From the NCBI GenBank assembly GCA_002269645.1, contig NIVC01000102.1, positions 143,950-207,949 of the forward strand: 64,000 bases of DNA, written 5' to 3'. The position numbers were made by a program, and so were the translations under genes. Positions 63,040 through 64,000 of this stretch are shown here, one piece after another. Position 1 is the first letter of the stretch; every line of letters starts with the position of its first letter. The notes below the pieces were generated by a model. The model did not search any database. It saw nothing but the letters and a program-made list of their open reading frames with translations, and was not told the origin of the DNA. The stretch comes from Macrostomum lignano (Eukaryota).

Positions 63040-63335
63040 TTTCTGTGTACGCCGGACACATTTTCATAGAATTTTCAATTGTATGCCAACAAATTTTAAA
63101 TGTACGCCAACTTTCTTTGATGCCAAATGTATGCCAAAAAGAATTGAATATTTAAATATGGTCATGACAATTCTGGTAATTAAAATTATTAGTAAATGAG
63201 AAAATAGTAACAGGAAAAATAGTTTTTGAAATAACTTAACATAGAAAAATGCACAAAAAATTGTTTAGTCCTATATTAATTTGTACCCGTGTATGCCACA
63301 CTATACACCACACTGTACACAGCCAAGAAATGTAT
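63040..63335 (+). repeat. Dispersed repeat, copy 2 (relative of 17255-17665)
   Basis: Collinear similarity to copy 1. Confidence 0.75.
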
Positions 63336-64000
63336 GCCAGTATATGCCACAGAACTCAAGTGTTTGCCGGAAAATTCCGGTGTATACCCCTCCTTCCGCA
63401 ATATGGATTTTATAGTGCCCCAGATTGCTGTTTGGTACCCCAGTTTATTGTTTATAATGCCAAAATAATAATAAAAAAGTAATTATATAGCAAACAATGA
63501 TAAACACTTTACAAAATATTTAAATTTTATATTTCTAATAAAAGTAGTGTCTACTTTGTTAAACTGGCATGTTTTTTTAATTTTAAAAAATCTAGTAAAT
63601 TTATTTGCATGCATTTACTATCTATGACTATGACTATATCCTATATATATAAATACAAGGCCACATTTAGCAAGCATACTATGCAGACTTAGGCCCTAGG
63701 CCTAGATATAAATAAAGTCCATTAATAGGCCTAGTATTCCACCGTAAGAAGGGTCTATATACCATAGCCATAGCTATAAGCAAAACTATGGCTTATTCCA
63801 ATTCTCTATTCCATAGCTGTAGGGACTTTAATATTACCATATTCCCATAGCAATAGCTATAGCCATAGCCATAGTTTTAACAAAGATTCTTGGAAATAAA
63901 GTCCTTTGAATTAGGAAGGTATAAGCCCAGTACTTAAATAACTGCAAGGGTTGTTTAAAAGACTGCAAAGAAAAACATTTTTTGCAAAAAAACTCAGCAA

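Noticed and set aside
62720-63740. Clusters of CTAGGCCTAG palindromes as Helitron ends
   Set aside because: No associated hairpin, TC end or family body; probably low-complexity repeat remnants.
1-64000. Autonomous Helitron Rep/helicase gene
   Set aside because: No HUH Rep or PIF1 helicase motifs in any ORF; the driver enzyme must be encoded elsewhere if it exists.

Overview
Eukaryotic, repeat-dominated window with no bacterial-type genes. TTAGGG motifs and a CsRn1-like LTR element fit an invertebrate such as a flatworm, but the species cannot be established from sequence alone. Most long ORFs in the track are artefacts of tandem repeats. The main organising signal is a group of non-autonomous Helitron-like (rolling-circle) elements, mostly on the minus strand, with 5'-TCCTA(T)ATACTAAA termini and 3' hairpin+CTAG/CTCG termini. 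(i) 1-13116 is a head-to-tail array of ten complete ~1.24-1.46 kb units plus a partial one, each joint reading hairpin-CTCG|TC. (ii) 38084-47150 holds two different satellite-carrying elements fused exactly CTAG|TC at 42874/42873. (iii) 53414-60907 is a second copy of the first of these, with a ~6 kb satellite. These families share an internal core block, two carry short telomere-repeat tracts, and their 23-bp satellites look homologous. Between them lie a truncated CsRn1-like Ty3/gypsy element (LTR, tRNA-Trp-like PBS, gag, -1 frameshift signal, protease), a second degenerate gag-protease fragment, several MITEs, and a ~6.36 kb tandem duplication (2.25 copies). The duplicated unit carries an intact DD34D mariner, a SAP-domain mini-ORF next to a satellite, and a LINE fragment. 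One frameshifted, possibly TMEM132-like exon is the only host-gene candidate. No Rep/helicase gene was found, so the rolling-circle interpretation rests on terminal structure alone.
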